NCBI GenBank assembly: GCA_938003685.1
Contig: CALKXT010000018.1
Location: 4,921 to 68,920 of the forward strand
Direction of reading: 5' to 3'
DNA from: an uncultured Sulfitobacter sp.
Lineage (GTDB): Bacteria > Pseudomonadota > Alphaproteobacteria > Rhodobacterales > Rhodobacteraceae
Length of the DNA: 64,000 nt
The position numbers and the translations under genes are program-made. Positions 10,740 through 22,444 of this stretch are shown here, one piece after another. Each line of letters begins with the position of its first letter. Within the stretch, counting starts at the first letter, position 1. The notes beneath the pieces were generated by a model that did no database searches, was not told where the DNA came from, and was given only the letters and a program-made list of their open reading frames with translations.

Positions 10740-12116
10740 TTAGAAAAAGTCGATGGAAACCTGCAACAATTGTTCCATCTTTGGCACATCTTCGGCCAAT
10801 ACGAACAGGGCAATAACATCCCCCTCATCAATCCGTGTGCTGCCCATGGGGCGTATGACCTTGTCACCCTTGCGGACCATTCCAACCAACACGCCTTCGG
10901 GGAAATCAATCTCAGAGACGATTTTACCTGCGATTGGTGAAGTCGAAAGTACCTCTGCTTCGATGACCTCGGCCTCTGCATCACCAATGGAATACACCGC
11001 ACGCACCCGGCCATGACGGATATGTCGCAGGATCGAACTGACGGTTGTGGCGCGCGGATTGATATAGGCGTCAATGCCCAAGGGCGTCATCAAAGGCACC
11101 AGTGTCGGGTCGTTGATCAGCGCGATTACATAGTCACACCCCTCAGCCTTGGCGCGTACACAGGCCAGCATGTTGGTTTTATCATCATCCGTCACCGCCA
11201 ACATCGCGTCGGCCCGTGAAATTCCTGCCTCAGCCAATAGTGCGGCATCCAGGCCATCGCCGTTTAAAACAATTGTGCGTTCCAACGCCTCAGCAGCATG
11301 TTCGGCGCACACCCGGCTTTTTTCGATGACTTTGGTGCGAATGCGATTTGGCGCGGCCTCAAGGTGCTGGGCAACTGTTAGACCTACATTGCCCCCCCCC
11401 ACCAGAACAACACGTTCTTGCTTTGAGGTTTTCTTGCCGAAAATCTCCATCGTGCGGGGAATGTCATCCTTGTGGGAAAACACATAGCAATCGTCACCCG
11501 CAAACAATTGATCCTTGGGTTCAGGCGCAAAAAGGCTCCCGTCGCGCCGGATGCCAACCACCACGGCGCGCAATGTTGAAAACAGATCAGTCAATTGGCG
11601 TAGAGGCGTGTTGATGACGGGGCACTCTGCATCAATAGTGATGCCCAGCAGATGCGCCTGCCCGTCCATGAACACTTCGGTATCAAAAGCAGCTGGTGCA
11701 GCAAGGCGTTGCAATGCGGCGGCGGCAACTTCTTTTTCGGGGCTGATCACCACGTCAATGGGCATGTGGTCACGCCGATACAGATCAGAATAAATCGCAT
11801 CGAGATAAGATTGGCTGCGCAAGCGCGCAATTTTGCGATTGATCCCAAAAACCGAATGGGCCACCTGACAGGTCACCATGTTGACCTCATCGGAATGGGT
11901 AGCAGCAATGATCATGTCCGCATCACGCGCCCCTGCCCGGTCCAACACATCGGGGTAGCTCGCAAAACCTGCAATGCCTTGAACATCCAACGTATCCGTC
12001 GCACGGCGTACCAATTCAGCGTTGCTGTCGACCACGGTGACGTCGTTGCGTTCTCCGCTTAAATGGCGCGCGATCTGCCAACCGACTTGTCCCGCACCAC
12101 ATATAATCACTTTCAT
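10740..12116 (-). CDS. trkA: Trk potassium uptake NAD-binding subunit
   Basis: MKVIICGAGQVG and second VLVGGGNVG RCK domains. Confidence 0.96.
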   Translation of the reverse strand: MKVIICGAGQVGWQIARHLSGERNDVTVVDSNAELVRRATDTLDVQGIAGFASYPDVLDRAGARDADMIIAATHSDEVNMVTCQVAHSVFGINRKIARLRSQSYLDAIYSDLYRRDHMPIDVVISPEKEVAAAALQRLAAPAAFDTEVFMDGQAHLLGITIDAECPVINTPLRQLTDLFSTLRAVVVGIRRDGSLFAPEPKDQLFAGDDCYVFSHKDDIPRTMEIFGKKTSKQERVVLVGGGNVGLTVAQHLEAAPNRIRTKVIEKSRVCAEHAAEALERTIVLNGDGLDAALLAEAGISRADAMLAVTDDDKTNMLACVRAKAEGCDYVIALINDPTLVPLMTPLGIDAYINPRATTVSSILRHIRHGRVRAVYSIGDAEAEVIEAEVLSTSPIAGKIVSEIDFPEGVLVGMVRKGDKVIRPMGSTRIDEGDVIALFVLAEDVPKMEQLLQVSIDFF

Positions 12117-12339
12117 GACGACACCTTTGGTCCTGTATCGCTGGTCCATTGCCGCAGTGCGGCCCCAGCATATTCTGCTTTGGTTAGAAGCGATGGCGCA
12201 CAACATGGCAAGGGTTATGGGCCATAATATATAGGTTTATTTGATATGGAATTCAAAGGAGCTTTGATCACTTTCAGTCTGCGAGTCCCATGTTTACCTG
12301 TTTCAGAAAACTCTAAAACAATGTGCTATTTTATACTGG

Positions 12340-12353
12340 TGCACACGTGTGCA
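12340..12353. promoter_or_regulatory. perfect 14-bp palindrome, candidate LacI-family operator
   Basis: TGCACACGTGTGCA, 45 nt upstream of the ester cyclase start. Confidence 0.5.
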
Positions 12354-12397
12354 AGCCTCTAGGCTTGCGGTGTAAAACAACTCAAAAAGCACAGAAA

Positions 12398-13402
12398 ATG
12401 ACCAAAATCCAAACCGCCAAGGCCCTTGTCCAAGATCATTACAGGGCGCTTTCAACTGCAACGCCAGAAACGGTGGTCGACACCTTGGCCCAACGCACAT
12501 CTGACGATTATCAATGGCGTGGCGTGCATCCGTTTAACATTCAATCAGGGGTAAGTGGTGCTGCGTCCGCCTTCTGGCAGCCCTTATTAACCAGCATGAC
12601 GGCTGTGCAACGGCGCGAAGATATCTTTTTTGCGAGTCTTAATGAAATTGATGGATTTGCATCAGTTTGGACCGTGTCGATGGGGCACCTTATGGGGCTG
12701 TTTGATGCGCCCTTCCTGAATATCCCCCCCACAGGCAAAATTGCGATGCTGCGGTATGCAGAATTTAATAGAGTTGAAAATGGGCAGATTGTAGAAACTG
12801 CGCTGTTTTGTGATCTGTTGCATCTGATGACACAGGCGGGCGTGAACAAGTTTCCAAATCAAACTGCGATGCATTTGGTCCAGCCCGGTCCACGCACCCA
12901 TGATGGTGTGTTGTTAGGTGAAAGTGATCCGGCAGAAGGTGAAAAAACGCTGCACATCATCGACCGTATGATTGGTGCCATAGATGCCGCCAATGAAAGA
13001 CCCAAGGAACGAACCCCTCGCGAAGAAATGGCCGAAAACTGGACCCAAGATATGCTGTGGTGGGGACCAGAAGGGATCGGCGCTACCTATACAATTGATC
13101 GCTATATTGAGCAGCATCAGGGGCCATTTCGCCGACTCCTCAGCGACAGGGCGTTCAATGGTCATATTTGCCGAATGGCCGAAGACCACTATGGCGGGTT
13201 CTTTGGCTGGCCAAATCTGACCTTAACCAATGCCGGTGGATTTATGGGCATCCCTGTCAGCGACATCCGTGCAGACATGCGCGTGGTCGATATTTACCGG
13301 CGCGAAGGTGACAAGCTGGCTGAGAACTGGATATTCATCGACATGCTGCACTTTCTCAAGATGCAAGGTGTCGATATCTTGGCTGAGCTGAGCGCAGGTT
13401 GA
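12398..13402 (+). CDS. tandem SnoaL-like / ester cyclase family protein
   Basis: Two NTF2-like repeats (FLNIPPTGKIAMLRYAEF; RVVDIYRREGDKLAENW). Confidence 0.75.
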   Translation: MTKIQTAKALVQDHYRALSTATPETVVDTLAQRTSDDYQWRGVHPFNIQSGVSGAASAFWQPLLTSMTAVQRREDIFFASLNEIDGFASVWTVSMGHLMGLFDAPFLNIPPTGKIAMLRYAEFNRVENGQIVETALFCDLLHLMTQAGVNKFPNQTAMHLVQPGPRTHDGVLLGESDPAEGEKTLHIIDRMIGAIDAANERPKERTPREEMAENWTQDMLWWGPEGIGATYTIDRYIEQHQGPFRRLLSDRAFNGHICRMAEDHYGGFFGWPNLTLTNAGGFMGIPVSDIRADMRVVDIYRREGDKLAENWIFIDMLHFLKMQGVDILAELSAG

Positions 13403-13462
13403 GGGGACGGGAGCGCGGCGTTGCCTCTACGCGCTCCCCGAGATTTTGTGCTAGATGAAGGG
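13403..13462. repeat. short palindromic intergenic element / bidirectional terminator
   Basis: GGGAGCGCG...CGCGCTCCC stem plus tail resembling the element at 60385-60433. Confidence 0.4.
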
Positions 13463-14869
13463 TTAATCGTCCTCTGCATCATCAACATGGGCCACACGCA
13501 CGCCAGATTTGGCTGAGGTCACCACACCCAGTGATTTGAGTTTGCGGTGCAATGCGCTGCGTTCCATGCCAACGAAATTCGCAGTGCGGCTAATGTTACC
13601 ACCAAAGCGATTGATCTGCGTCAACAGGTATTCACGTTCAAACGCCTCTCGGGCTTCGCGCAGTGGCAAAGTGGCGAGGGCACCCGATAGCACAACACGG
13701 CCATCTTCTTCGCCGTGATCTTCTTCTCCCGGCAGTTCACGCGCCTCAATCGGTCCAGTCCCATCCCCAAGGATCAACACCCTTTCAACAAGGTTTTTCA
13801 ACTGACGCACGTTGCCCGGCCAAATCATCGTTTGCATCAGGGCAATAGCATCTTCGCTGAGTTCGCGTTGCGGCAGCCCTTGGGATTTGTGCATTTCAGC
13901 GACAAAATGATCCGCCAGCAGTGGAATATCCTCACGACGCTCTTCCAAAGAAGGCACGGCAATGGGCACTACATTTAAGCGGTGGAACAATTCCTGACGG
14001 AAGGTTTCATCCTTGATCGCCGCGTCCAAATCTTTGTTTGTGCTGGATACAACGCGCAGATCAACGCGCACTTTGTCGCTGCCTCCAACGCGGGTGAATT
14101 GTTGATCAACCAACACGCGCAGGATTTTTGATTGTGTTCCGAGTGGCATGACCGCGACTTCATCAAAGTACACGACACCGCCGTGTGCTTGTTCCAGCAA
14201 ACCCGGCTCAACACCGCGCTCTGCGTTTTCACGGCCAAATAGCATTTCTTCCATGCGATCCGGTTCGATGCCCGCGCAGTTAACCGTGACAAAAGGCGCA
14301 GACGCGCGCGCAGATTCCGCATGAATGTAACGCGCAGCAACTTCCTTGCCTGATCCTGCAGGTCCGGTCAGCATCACTCGGCCATTTGATTTTGTGACCT
14401 TATCCAACTGCGATATCAACGCTCGGAATGCAGCCGACGTACCGATCATTTCTGAACTGGTGACATCCTGGCGTTTGAGGCTTTGGTTTTCACGACGCAG
14501 ACGTGAGGTTTCCATCGCACGACGGATCACCACCAGTAACTGATCAATGTTAAACGGTTTTTCGATGAAATCATATGCGCCTTGCTTGATCGCAGCGACC
14601 GCAATTTCAACATTCCCATGACCTGAAATGATCACCACAGGCACATCCGGGTTATCACGTTTGACCGCCTTTAGAATGTCGATCCCGTCCATGCGGCTGT
14701 CTTTGAGCCAGATATCAAGGATCATCAGTGACGGGGGTTCAGCGTTGACCGCTGCCATCGCATCATCAGAGTTGCCCGCCAATCGGGTCACAAACCCTTC
14801 GTCTTGCAGGATATCCGAAATCAGCTCTCGGATATCGCGTTCGTCATCAACAATCAGGATGTCACTCAT
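13463..14869 (-). CDS. ntrX: response regulator NtrX
   Basis: REC (ILDIWL), AAA+ (GPAGSGKE), HTH FVGMERSALHRKLKSLG; downstream of ntrY. Confidence 0.95.
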   Translation of the reverse strand: MSDILIVDDERDIRELISDILQDEGFVTRLAGNSDDAMAAVNAEPPSLMILDIWLKDSRMDGIDILKAVKRDNPDVPVVIISGHGNVEIAVAAIKQGAYDFIEKPFNIDQLLVVIRRAMETSRLRRENQSLKRQDVTSSEMIGTSAAFRALISQLDKVTKSNGRVMLTGPAGSGKEVAARYIHAESARASAPFVTVNCAGIEPDRMEEMLFGRENAERGVEPGLLEQAHGGVVYFDEVAVMPLGTQSKILRVLVDQQFTRVGGSDKVRVDLRVVSSTNKDLDAAIKDETFRQELFHRLNVVPIAVPSLEERREDIPLLADHFVAEMHKSQGLPQRELSEDAIALMQTMIWPGNVRQLKNLVERVLILGDGTGPIEARELPGEEDHGEEDGRVVLSGALATLPLREAREAFEREYLLTQINRFGGNISRTANFVGMERSALHRKLKSLGVVTSAKSGVRVAHVDDAEDD

Positions 14870-14884
14870 CGGGTCTCTCCACTC

Positions 14885-17113
14885 TTAATCAGTCACTATG
14901 TGCGCGGCCATGGGCAGCGTGATTACCGCCATGGCCCCAAAATGGTGTTGCCCATCAAAGACAGGCGCGTTGTCGAGGATCAGGGTGCCGCCATGTTCCT
15001 CGATGATCTTTTTCACAATCGGCAAGCCGAGCCCGGTGCCTTCACTGCGGGTGGTAACGTAGGGTTCAAACAGTGCCGCGCGGTCTTCTGGCAGGCCAAT
15101 GCCGTTGTCTGCGATCGTTAGTCTCGCTGTGGTATCGTCGTGGCTCAGGGTTACTTTAATTTCTGGAACAAGGTCGTCGGGCGCGCCTTTTTCCTTCAAT
15201 GTATCAATCGCTTCGCCTGCGTTCTTAATCAAGTTCGTCAGCGCTTGCGAGATCATTGTGCTATCGATTTGGGTCATCACGGTGTCTTCTGGTAGGTCCG
15301 CGCGTATTTTGACGCCCGGTTGCCCGGTTTGCTGCAATAGAACAGCGTCACGGACCAATTGGCGCAGGTCTTGAACGGATGTTTCCGGCTCGGGCATTCG
15401 GGCGAATTTCGAAAATTCATCGACAATGCGACGCAGATCGCCTGTTTGGCGAATGATCACCCCGGTCATCTGGTCCAGCGCATCTGCATCCTCACCTTCC
15501 ATTTTACGGCCAAACTTGCGTTTAATACGTTCCGCGCTGAGTTGAATGGGCGTGAGCGGGTTCTTGATCTCATGGGCAATACGGCGCGCCACATCGCCCC
15601 AAGCGGCCATGCGTTGAGCGCTGACCAAATCGGTCACATCATCAAAGGCCACAACATAGCCTTCAAGGCGCCCGTCCTCTGCACGCCGCGTTGCCATGCG
15701 CACAAGCAGATTTTCCATCGCACCCAACCGGGACACTTTGACCTCGGCTTGTGCGACCTCGCCGGGGCCATGGGTCACGGTATCAAACAGTGGGCCAAAT
15801 TCAGGAACGGCAACAGCAATTGCCAATGATTGTTGATCCTCAAACCAATCCAACAATCGCATCGCGGATCGGTTCACAAAGGTCACACGCCCCTCTGGAT
15901 CTAGCCCTACGACACCTGATGTGACCGAACTTAACACAGAATCAAACAAGCGCCGACGGCGTTCAATCTGTCGGGTGTTATCCAGCAGCGTTTCGCGCTG
16001 ACCGCTAAGTTGCTTGGTCATCTGGTTGAAATAGCGACCCAGCATGGCGATTTCATCATCGCCGTCTTCTTCACGCACCTGCACCGTCAAGTCGCCAGCA
16101 CCCACCTGTTGTGCCGCCCCTGTCAGACGCCCAACCGGACCAGACAGGCGTTCCGCAAACCACAGGCCCAACCATACAGCGGCCAAAATCAGGATCACGG
16201 CAAATGCCAAATAGACCAGCGCAAACTCAAACAAAAGCCGCCCACGTTCAGATTCAAGCTGTTGATACAGCCGCACGGTTTCTTTGGTTTCATCGAGCAA
16301 TGACAGGATTTCTCCATCCACATCACGGCTGATATAAAGGTAACGGTCCACAAACGACGTCATCTGTACAAGCGCGCGGAATTCGTTGTTGGGCCAATCC
16401 TCAATCACCAAAACGTCTTGCTCAAGCGTTGTGTTGATCTGTTCGATTGTTGGCGCTTCGTAGTCAAAAAGGTACGACCGATCACCACGCGCCCTGATTT
16501 GTGCCGTGCCATCAATCAGATAGGCCTCGCGCAGGCCGCGTTGGATTTGCCGCTGCCCTTCGCCCAAAAGATCACTGTCACTTAATGCGATCCCTTGGCG
16601 ACGCGCGTTATCAATGCTGCGCGACAATGTGCGTGCGTCCGAGATTAAATCTTCGCGCTGTTCTGCCTCATAGGCTTGGGCGGCAGCCAGTGAATTGCTG
16701 ACCACGCCGCTCACGCGGTCCGAAAACCACCCCTCAAGACCAACATTCACTGTCAGCCCCGCAAAGACAGCCACGGTTACTGTCGGGATCAACGCCATCA
16801 GCGCAAAGACGCCTGTGAGGCGCAAGTGCAGGCGTGATCCCGCAGATTTTGCCCGCCGTGCGGCGATCAATCGGGCGACTTGGGATAAAACGAGTGCTGC
16901 GATCAACAGCACATAAACCAGATCGGTCAGCAGAATCAGGCGCAGGCCCGGCGTGTTTGCGCTTTGACCCAGAGGGCCCAGAATCAGGTAGGTTGCCATC
17001 GCAAGGATTGGGCCAAGAACAACCAAACCCAGCGTGAACATATTGCGCACACGTTTGACTCGGCGCAAACGGCCGATGTTTTCTAGAGTAATACTGCGTG
17101 ACCGCGTTGCCAC
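14885..17113 (-). CDS. ntrY: sensor histidine kinase NtrY
   Basis: [36 protein letters not shown]-box, GTGLGL; GTG at 17113 with GAGG RBS. Confidence 0.95.
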   Translation of the reverse strand: MATRSRSITLENIGRLRRVKRVRNMFTLGLVVLGPILAMATYLILGPLGQSANTPGLRLILLTDLVYVLLIAALVLSQVARLIAARRAKSAGSRLHLRLTGVFALMALIPTVTVAVFAGLTVNVGLEGWFSDRVSGVVSNSLAAAQAYEAEQREDLISDARTLSRSIDNARRQGIALSDSDLLGEGQRQIQRGLREAYLIDGTAQIRARGDRSYLFDYEAPTIEQINTTLEQDVLVIEDWPNNEFRALVQMTSFVDRYLYISRDVDGEILSLLDETKETVRLYQQLESERGRLLFEFALVYLAFAVILILAAVWLGLWFAERLSGPVGRLTGAAQQVGAGDLTVQVREEDGDDEIAMLGRYFNQMTKQLSGQRETLLDNTRQIERRRRLFDSVLSSVTSGVVGLDPEGRVTFVNRSAMRLLDWFEDQQSLAIAVAVPEFGPLFDTVTHGPGEVAQAEVKVSRLGAMENLLVRMATRRAEDGRLEGYVVAFDDVTDLVSAQRMAAWGDVARRIAHEIKNPLTPIQLSAERIKRKFGRKMEGEDADALDQMTGVIIRQTGDLRRIVDEFSKFARMPEPETSVQDLRQLVRDAVLLQQTGQPGVKIRADLPEDTVMTQIDSTMISQALTNLIKNAGEAIDTLKEKGAPDDLVPEIKVTLSHDDTTARLTIADNGIGLPEDRAALFEPYVTTRSEGTGLGLPIVKKIIEEHGGTLILDNAPVFDGQHHFGAMAVITLPMAAHIVTD

Positions 17114-17212
17114 CGCTGTCCTCACCGATGATGTGGTGCGCACCCGCACCTACCGCCATATTTTGTGGTCCTGATCGGGTTGATACCCAATGGCCACGGT
17201 TATGTGGCTCTT

Positions 17213-18583
17213 TTACATCATTTTGCGACCGCGTGTCACCTCTATATCGAGCTCTGTTATCTTCTTACGCAAAGTATTGCGGTTGATGCCGAGTAAATCA
17301 GCACATTTAGCCTGATTTCCCGATGTGGCGGCCAGTGCGATTTCGATCAATGGAGCCTCAATTTCACGTAAGATTCGCGTATAAAGGCCGGGTGGCGGCA
17401 ATAATGTGCCATGTTGATCAAAGTATCTGCGCAAATGCCGTTCAACCGATGCGCCCAAACGATCAGTGCTTGCTTGCGCGTGCAATGGTTCGGGATCTGG
17501 CTGTGCGCCAAGTACAATTTCAGCCTCAGTCTGGGTGATCAAGGGCGCACGGCTGGTCAGGGCCAATTGGCGCATGGCATTTTCGAGTTGGCGCACGTTT
17601 CCGGGCCAAGGGTAGTTTGAAAACACCTTTGCGGCACCGTCAGATAGACGTCGCGCCCCTGCACTACCGCTTTCGGCTCGGTCCAGAAAATGCAGGGCGA
17701 GCAGATCAATGTCTTCAACGCGGTCACGCAGGCTGGGCACATGCAAAGTGGCTCCTGACAGACGATAATACAGATCACGCCGCAGGCTGCCGTCTTTCAT
17801 TGCTGCGGCCATGTCTGATTGGCTGGTGGCCAGAAAACGCGGGGCATATTCACCGGGCGCGTCTATCATGCGGGCAATGCGGGCCTGAATTTCGGCTGGG
17901 ATGTCACCGATTTCATCAATCAACAGCGTACCACCGCGAACCCGCGCAAGAACCCGCGCAGGGCCCTCGATGTCTTGCAACTCTGCCGCAGTAACGGTGA
18001 CAAATGGCAAACTTCGACGGTCAGAAAAATCATGGATCGCCTTACCGATCAATGATTTCCCGGTGCCGTTTTCACCCCAAATGATCACAGGTAGATCGGT
18101 ATTCATCACCCGCGCCACAACACGATACAACGCTTGCATCACAGGTGTGCGGCCCACCAGCGGCAGATCATCACGATCTTCCCCCGCGCTTTGGGCAGAT
18201 GCAGCCTTGCGTGGTGCGCCGCCGCGTTCCAGCGCGCGGGCAGTGCGTTTCATTAAATCAGGCAGATCAAAAGGTTTGGGTAAATAATCAAACGCATCCG
18301 CCTCTGCCGCTTTGATCGCGGTCATGATTGTGTTTTGTGCAGAGATCACAATCACTGGTAAATCTGGGCGATCTGCCGAGATTTTTGGCAACATTTCCAG
18401 ACCATTGCCATCTGGCATCGAGACATCTGTGATCACGGCGTCGCCTTTGCCCTCTGCCACCCACCGCATCAATGTCGTGAGGCTTGAGGTGGCATGCACC
18501 TTGCACCCCGCGCGCGTCAGGGCTTGGGTCAAAACGGTGCGGATCGTGCGGTCATCGTCCGCGACCAATACGGTGCCATCCAT
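17213..18583 (-). CDS. ntrC: nitrogen regulation response regulator NtrC (GAFTGA-less)
   Basis: [37 protein letters not shown]. Confidence 0.95.
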   Translation of the reverse strand: MDGTVLVADDDRTIRTVLTQALTRAGCKVHATSSLTTLMRWVAEGKGDAVITDVSMPDGNGLEMLPKISADRPDLPVIVISAQNTIMTAIKAAEADAFDYLPKPFDLPDLMKRTARALERGGAPRKAASAQSAGEDRDDLPLVGRTPVMQALYRVVARVMNTDLPVIIWGENGTGKSLIGKAIHDFSDRRSLPFVTVTAAELQDIEGPARVLARVRGGTLLIDEIGDIPAEIQARIARMIDAPGEYAPRFLATSQSDMAAAMKDGSLRRDLYYRLSGATLHVPSLRDRVEDIDLLALHFLDRAESGSAGARRLSDGAAKVFSNYPWPGNVRQLENAMRQLALTSRAPLITQTEAEIVLGAQPDPEPLHAQASTDRLGASVERHLRRYFDQHGTLLPPPGLYTRILREIEAPLIEIALAATSGNQAKCADLLGINRNTLRKKITELDIEVTRGRKMM

Positions 18584-19656
18584 TATTTTTTCTCCTGTTG
18601 TTCAGGGGCACGGGGCAATGAAATGCGAAACACGGTTTTTCCCGGTGCGGAGGTGACCGAAACCCAGCCGCCGTGTTCAGAGATGATTTTACTGACCAGT
18701 GCGAGGCCAAGCCCGGTGCCATTTTCACGGCCAGATACAAAAGGATCGAACACATCACCCTTTATGTTTTCAGGTAATCCTGGCCCATCGTCGATCACTT
18801 CGATCTGTAAGGGTAACGATTGCCCCGCCCCGTCTGAGCGTCGTAAACGAAAGGAATGTTCAAAATAACTATGTAACCGAATGGTGCCCCCGCCCTCACC
18901 CGCCGCTTCTGAGGCGTTCTTGAGTAGGTTCAAAATCACTTGCAGCAGTTGATCTTTGTCCCCCAGCGCCATCGGCAAGGATGGGTCATAATCCTCAACA
19001 ATTGTCATCTGCGCGCCAAATCCGAGCAAGGCTGATCGGCGTGCGCGGTCCAGTACGTCATGCAAGTTAACCGCTTGTCGCACAGGTTCACTAAGGTTGC
19101 CAAATTGCTCAACCTGTTCCAGCAGTTTCACAATCCTGCGGCTTTCAGCAACAATCAGATCAGTTAATTCCAGTTCTTCTGCGGGTAAATTCATCGACAG
19201 GAGTTGTGCCGCCCCGGTGATGCCGGCCAGCGGGTTCTTAATCTCATGGGCCAGCATTTCAGCCATGCCAATCGCAGATTTTGCCGCAGATTTCGCAGTC
19301 TGGTTCTGCGTCATGCGCCCCGCCAATTCGCGCGGTGTGATCATCATGATCATATGTCTTGACGCATCAGCCAAAGGCGCAATTTGTAAGCCACATTGCA
19401 ACGGCGCGCGCTGACCAGAGCCAACATCCACGTCATTCACAAACAACGGTGTGCTGTTTTCGCGTGCACGGGCAAAAGCGCGTTCAAGCGGGTCATCCAC
19501 CGCGATCACATCCCAGACCGGGACACCAACAACGGATTTGGCGGATGTGTTCAGGAAACCTTCGGCGGCGGGATTCACGTCGATGACACAATCATCGGGC
19601 GCAATAATCACTGCTGGTACAGGTAAAGATGCCCAGATGGTTTGATCCGACTTCAT
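18583..19656 (-). CDS. ntrB: nitrogen regulation histidine kinase NtrB
   Basis: [29 protein letters not shown]; translationally coupled to ntrC. Confidence 0.95.
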   Translation of the reverse strand: MKSDQTIWASLPVPAVIIAPDDCVIDVNPAAEGFLNTSAKSVVGVPVWDVIAVDDPLERAFARARENSTPLFVNDVDVGSGQRAPLQCGLQIAPLADASRHMIMMITPRELAGRMTQNQTAKSAAKSAIGMAEMLAHEIKNPLAGITGAAQLLSMNLPAEELELTDLIVAESRRIVKLLEQVEQFGNLSEPVRQAVNLHDVLDRARRSALLGFGAQMTIVEDYDPSLPMALGDKDQLLQVILNLLKNASEAAGEGGGTIRLHSYFEHSFRLRRSDGAGQSLPLQIEVIDDGPGLPENIKGDVFDPFVSGRENGTGLGLALVSKIISEHGGWVSVTSAPGKTVFRISLPRAPEQQEKK

Positions 19657-20639
19657 GCTGCGGCCTGTTCTAAGGCGTTTGCCATCGCTTGGCGGATCAA
19701 ATTGCGTGTTTCACAAATTGTTTTGGCCGTAAGAACCGCGCGGCGCAGTTCGGGTGGGGTGCCACAGGTGTCCATGTACCACCCCAGATGTTTGCGCGCA
19801 TTGCGATGGCCCAATGACTCGCCGTAAAACTGCAAAATAGCATCATAATGGCCTTCAACCATATCTGCAAAATCGCGGCCTTTTGGAATATCGGGGGCCG
19901 ATGTGCCAAACAGGTCATGGCCGATCTGCGCCAGTTGCCAGGGTTTGCCCTGCGCACCACGTCCGACCATCACACCATCTGCACCTGAATGATCAAGTGC
20001 GGTCTGCGCTGTTGTGCTGTCGATGATATCACCATTCGCGATAAGGGGAATGTTTACCGCTTCTTTGATGGCCCGGATTGCACGCCAATCTGCATGGCCT
20101 TTATAGAACTGACAACGGGTGCGCCCATGGATCGTGATCATCTGAATACCGGCCGCCTCGGCGCGGACCGCAATTGGGGCTGCATTCAACATCTCATCAT
20201 CCCACCCCAGCCGTGTCTTGAGAGTCACTGGGACGTTGACGGCACCCACAACCGCCTCGATCAAGTCCAGCGCATGATCAGGTGTTTTCATTAAGGCTGA
20301 CCCAGAGGCCCCTTGAGTGACCTTTTTTGCGGGACATCCCATGTTGATATCAATGATCCGAGCGCCTTGCGCTTCCATCATCCGAGCGACTTCGGCCATG
20401 GGTGCGGCTTCACGTCCCGCAATTTGAACAGCGGTGCCTTCAACGCCCAAACCCAGTTCAGCCTTTTCGCGCGTGCCGGGACGGCGGCACAGCAATTCGT
20501 GGCTTGCCACCATTTCGGACACCACCAACCCTGCCCCGAATGACGCAACAAGGTTGCGATACGGCAAGTCAGTGATTCCAGCCATGGGGGCCAGAAAAAC
20601 TGGAAAAATGGGATCAAATGGGAAGGGCTGCGCGCTCAA
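19653..20639 (-). CDS. dusB: tRNA-dihydrouridine synthase DusB (NifR3)
   Basis: LAPMAGITD, DINMGCPAKKV, HGRTR; start uncertain (TTG at 20639 chosen). Confidence 0.92.
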   Translation of the reverse strand: MSAQPFPFDPIFPVFLAPMAGITDLPYRNLVASFGAGLVVSEMVASHELLCRRPGTREKAELGLGVEGTAVQIAGREAAPMAEVARMMEAQGARIIDINMGCPAKKVTQGASGSALMKTPDHALDLIEAVVGAVNVPVTLKTRLGWDDEMLNAAPIAVRAEAAGIQMITIHGRTRCQFYKGHADWRAIRAIKEAVNIPLIANGDIIDSTTAQTALDHSGADGVMVGRGAQGKPWQLAQIGHDLFGTSAPDIPKGRDFADMVEGHYDAILQFYGESLGHRNARKHLGWYMDTCGTPPELRRAVLTAKTICETRNLIRQAMANALEQAAA

Positions 20640-20738
20640 GTGCTTAAACCTTAATCTTTTAGTGTTCAGGCGTTGTGTACTAACAAGGAGCTGGAACCTC
20701 AATAAAATTGGTGAATGGGCGGGCAGCCGCGACACTGA

Positions 20739-20755
20739 TGCCTAAATTTTAAGCG
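20739..20755. promoter_or_regulatory. candidate NtrC-binding site
   Basis: TGC-N11(AT-rich)-GCG upstream of the dusB-ntrBC operon. Confidence 0.4.
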
Positions 20756-20824
20756 CTACCTCGCAACGATTGCACGCGCACGCTGCATTGCCTAGACAGA
20801 CAGTATGCAAATATTGATCTCTCT

Positions 20825-21955
20825 ATGACCATTACTGCCCTGATCGTTGCCGCCGGGCGTGGCACCCGTGCGGGTGGTGACGTGCCAAAGCAATGGCAGA
20901 TGTTGGGTGCAGGCCGCGTCATTGACCATACTTTGTCAGCCTTCCAAACTCACCCTGATGTGGATCAGATTGTCGTGGTGCTGCATCCTGAGGATGTGAC
21001 ACGTGCGGATATGTTTCGTACTCAAGGCATAAAGGTTGCTATGGGTGGTGCTGATCGTGCCGGATCTGTGCGCAATGGTCTTGATGCCTGTGGGGATGTT
21101 GAACACGTGCTCATTCATGATGCGGCGCGGCCTTGTGTTTCATCTATGGTCATTTCAGGCGTGATCATGGCCTTGAAAAAAGCACATGCTGCGGCACCGG
21201 GTTTGGCCGTCACTGACGCGCTGTGGCAGGGGGATGGGTCTAAGGTTACAGGCACTCAGTCACGCGATGGATTGTTTGCAGCCCAAACACCACAGGGTTT
21301 TGCGTTGGCCACTATTCGTGCCGCACATGACGCATATAATGGCCCCGCTGCGGATGACGTTGAAGTAGCACGCGCCGCTGGCATCACGGTCGTCATGACG
21401 CAAGGCGACCCAGATAACCTAAAGATCACAACGGCTGATGATTTCGCCCGCGCGACCCGAATTTTGGAGAGACAGATGGATATTCGCACAGGCAATGGGT
21501 TTGACGTACATGCCTTTGGGCCCGGTGATCACGTGACATTGTGCGGCGTGAATATTCCACATGATCAGGGGCTTGTCGGTCATTCAGATGCGGACGTGGG
21601 CATGCACACAGTGACGGACGCCATCTATGGCGCGTTGGCGATGGGTGATATCGGCCAACATTTCCCGCCCAGTGACCCGCAATGGAAAGGGGCCGAAAGC
21701 CATATCTTTTTACGCCACGCAGTTGGTCTAGCCACCAAAATGGGGTTCACGCTGACCCATGTGGATTGCACGTTGATTTGTGAACATCCAAAGGTTGGAC
21801 CACACGCCGTTGAAATGCGCCAAGTGATGGCGGGAATTCTAGGCATCGATATGGCCCGCGTGTCGGTGAAAGCCACGACATCAGAACGCCTTGGCTTTAC
21901 TGGGCGCGGGGAAGGTATCGCGTGTATGGCAACAGCAACATTGGTGAAAACATGA
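20825..21955 (+). CDS. ispDF: bifunctional IspD/IspF
   Basis: [19 protein letters not shown]; [27 protein letters not shown]. Confidence 0.96.
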   Translation: MTITALIVAAGRGTRAGGDVPKQWQMLGAGRVIDHTLSAFQTHPDVDQIVVVLHPEDVTRADMFRTQGIKVAMGGADRAGSVRNGLDACGDVEHVLIHDAARPCVSSMVISGVIMALKKAHAAAPGLAVTDALWQGDGSKVTGTQSRDGLFAAQTPQGFALATIRAAHDAYNGPAADDVEVARAAGITVVMTQGDPDNLKITTADDFARATRILERQMDIRTGNGFDVHAFGPGDHVTLCGVNIPHDQGLVGHSDADVGMHTVTDAIYGALAMGDIGQHFPPSDPQWKGAESHIFLRHAVGLATKMGFTLTHVDCTLICEHPKVGPHAVEMRQVMAGILGIDMARVSVKATTSERLGFTGRGEGIACMATATLVKT

Positions 21956-22440
21956 AATTAGCCCAGATGATCGCGACCCTTTTAGGCGTTGGGTATATCC
22001 GCCCGGCCCCCGGCACATGGGGGTCACTGGTTGCCCTGCCCTATGCCTGGCTGGTGCATGTGATTGGCGGCTTTCCCTTACTGTTAATCGGGGTGTTTGC
22101 CGCGTTTTTCAAGGGCTGGTGGGCCACGGCCAAAATGACCGAAGGGTCAGAGGACCATGACCCCTCTGAAATTGTCGTTGATGAACTGGTCGGCCAGTGG
22201 ATCGCACTGTTACCGCTGTCGTATGCGGCGTGGTCGATGCAGATCAGCATCCTAGCCATGTGGCCCGGTTGGATTGCCGCATTCGCATTGTTCCGGTTGT
22301 TTGACATCTGGAAGCCATGGATCGTCGGCTGGGCAGATCGGCGGGGTGACGCCTTGGGTGTTATGCTGGATGATGTATTTGCGGGCGTGTTTGCCGCAAT
22401 TGGCGTGCTGGCGCTTGCCGCGCTATATCACGGCGTGTGA
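21952..22440 (+). CDS. pgpA: phosphatidylglycerophosphatase A
   Basis: [37 protein letters not shown]. Confidence 0.93.
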   Translation: MKLAQMIATLLGVGYIRPAPGTWGSLVALPYAWLVHVIGGFPLLLIGVFAAFFKGWWATAKMTEGSEDHDPSEIVVDELVGQWIALLPLSYAAWSMQISILAMWPGWIAAFALFRLFDIWKPWIVGWADRRGDALGVMLDDVFAGVFAAIGVLALAALYHGV

Positions 22441-22444
22441 TCGC

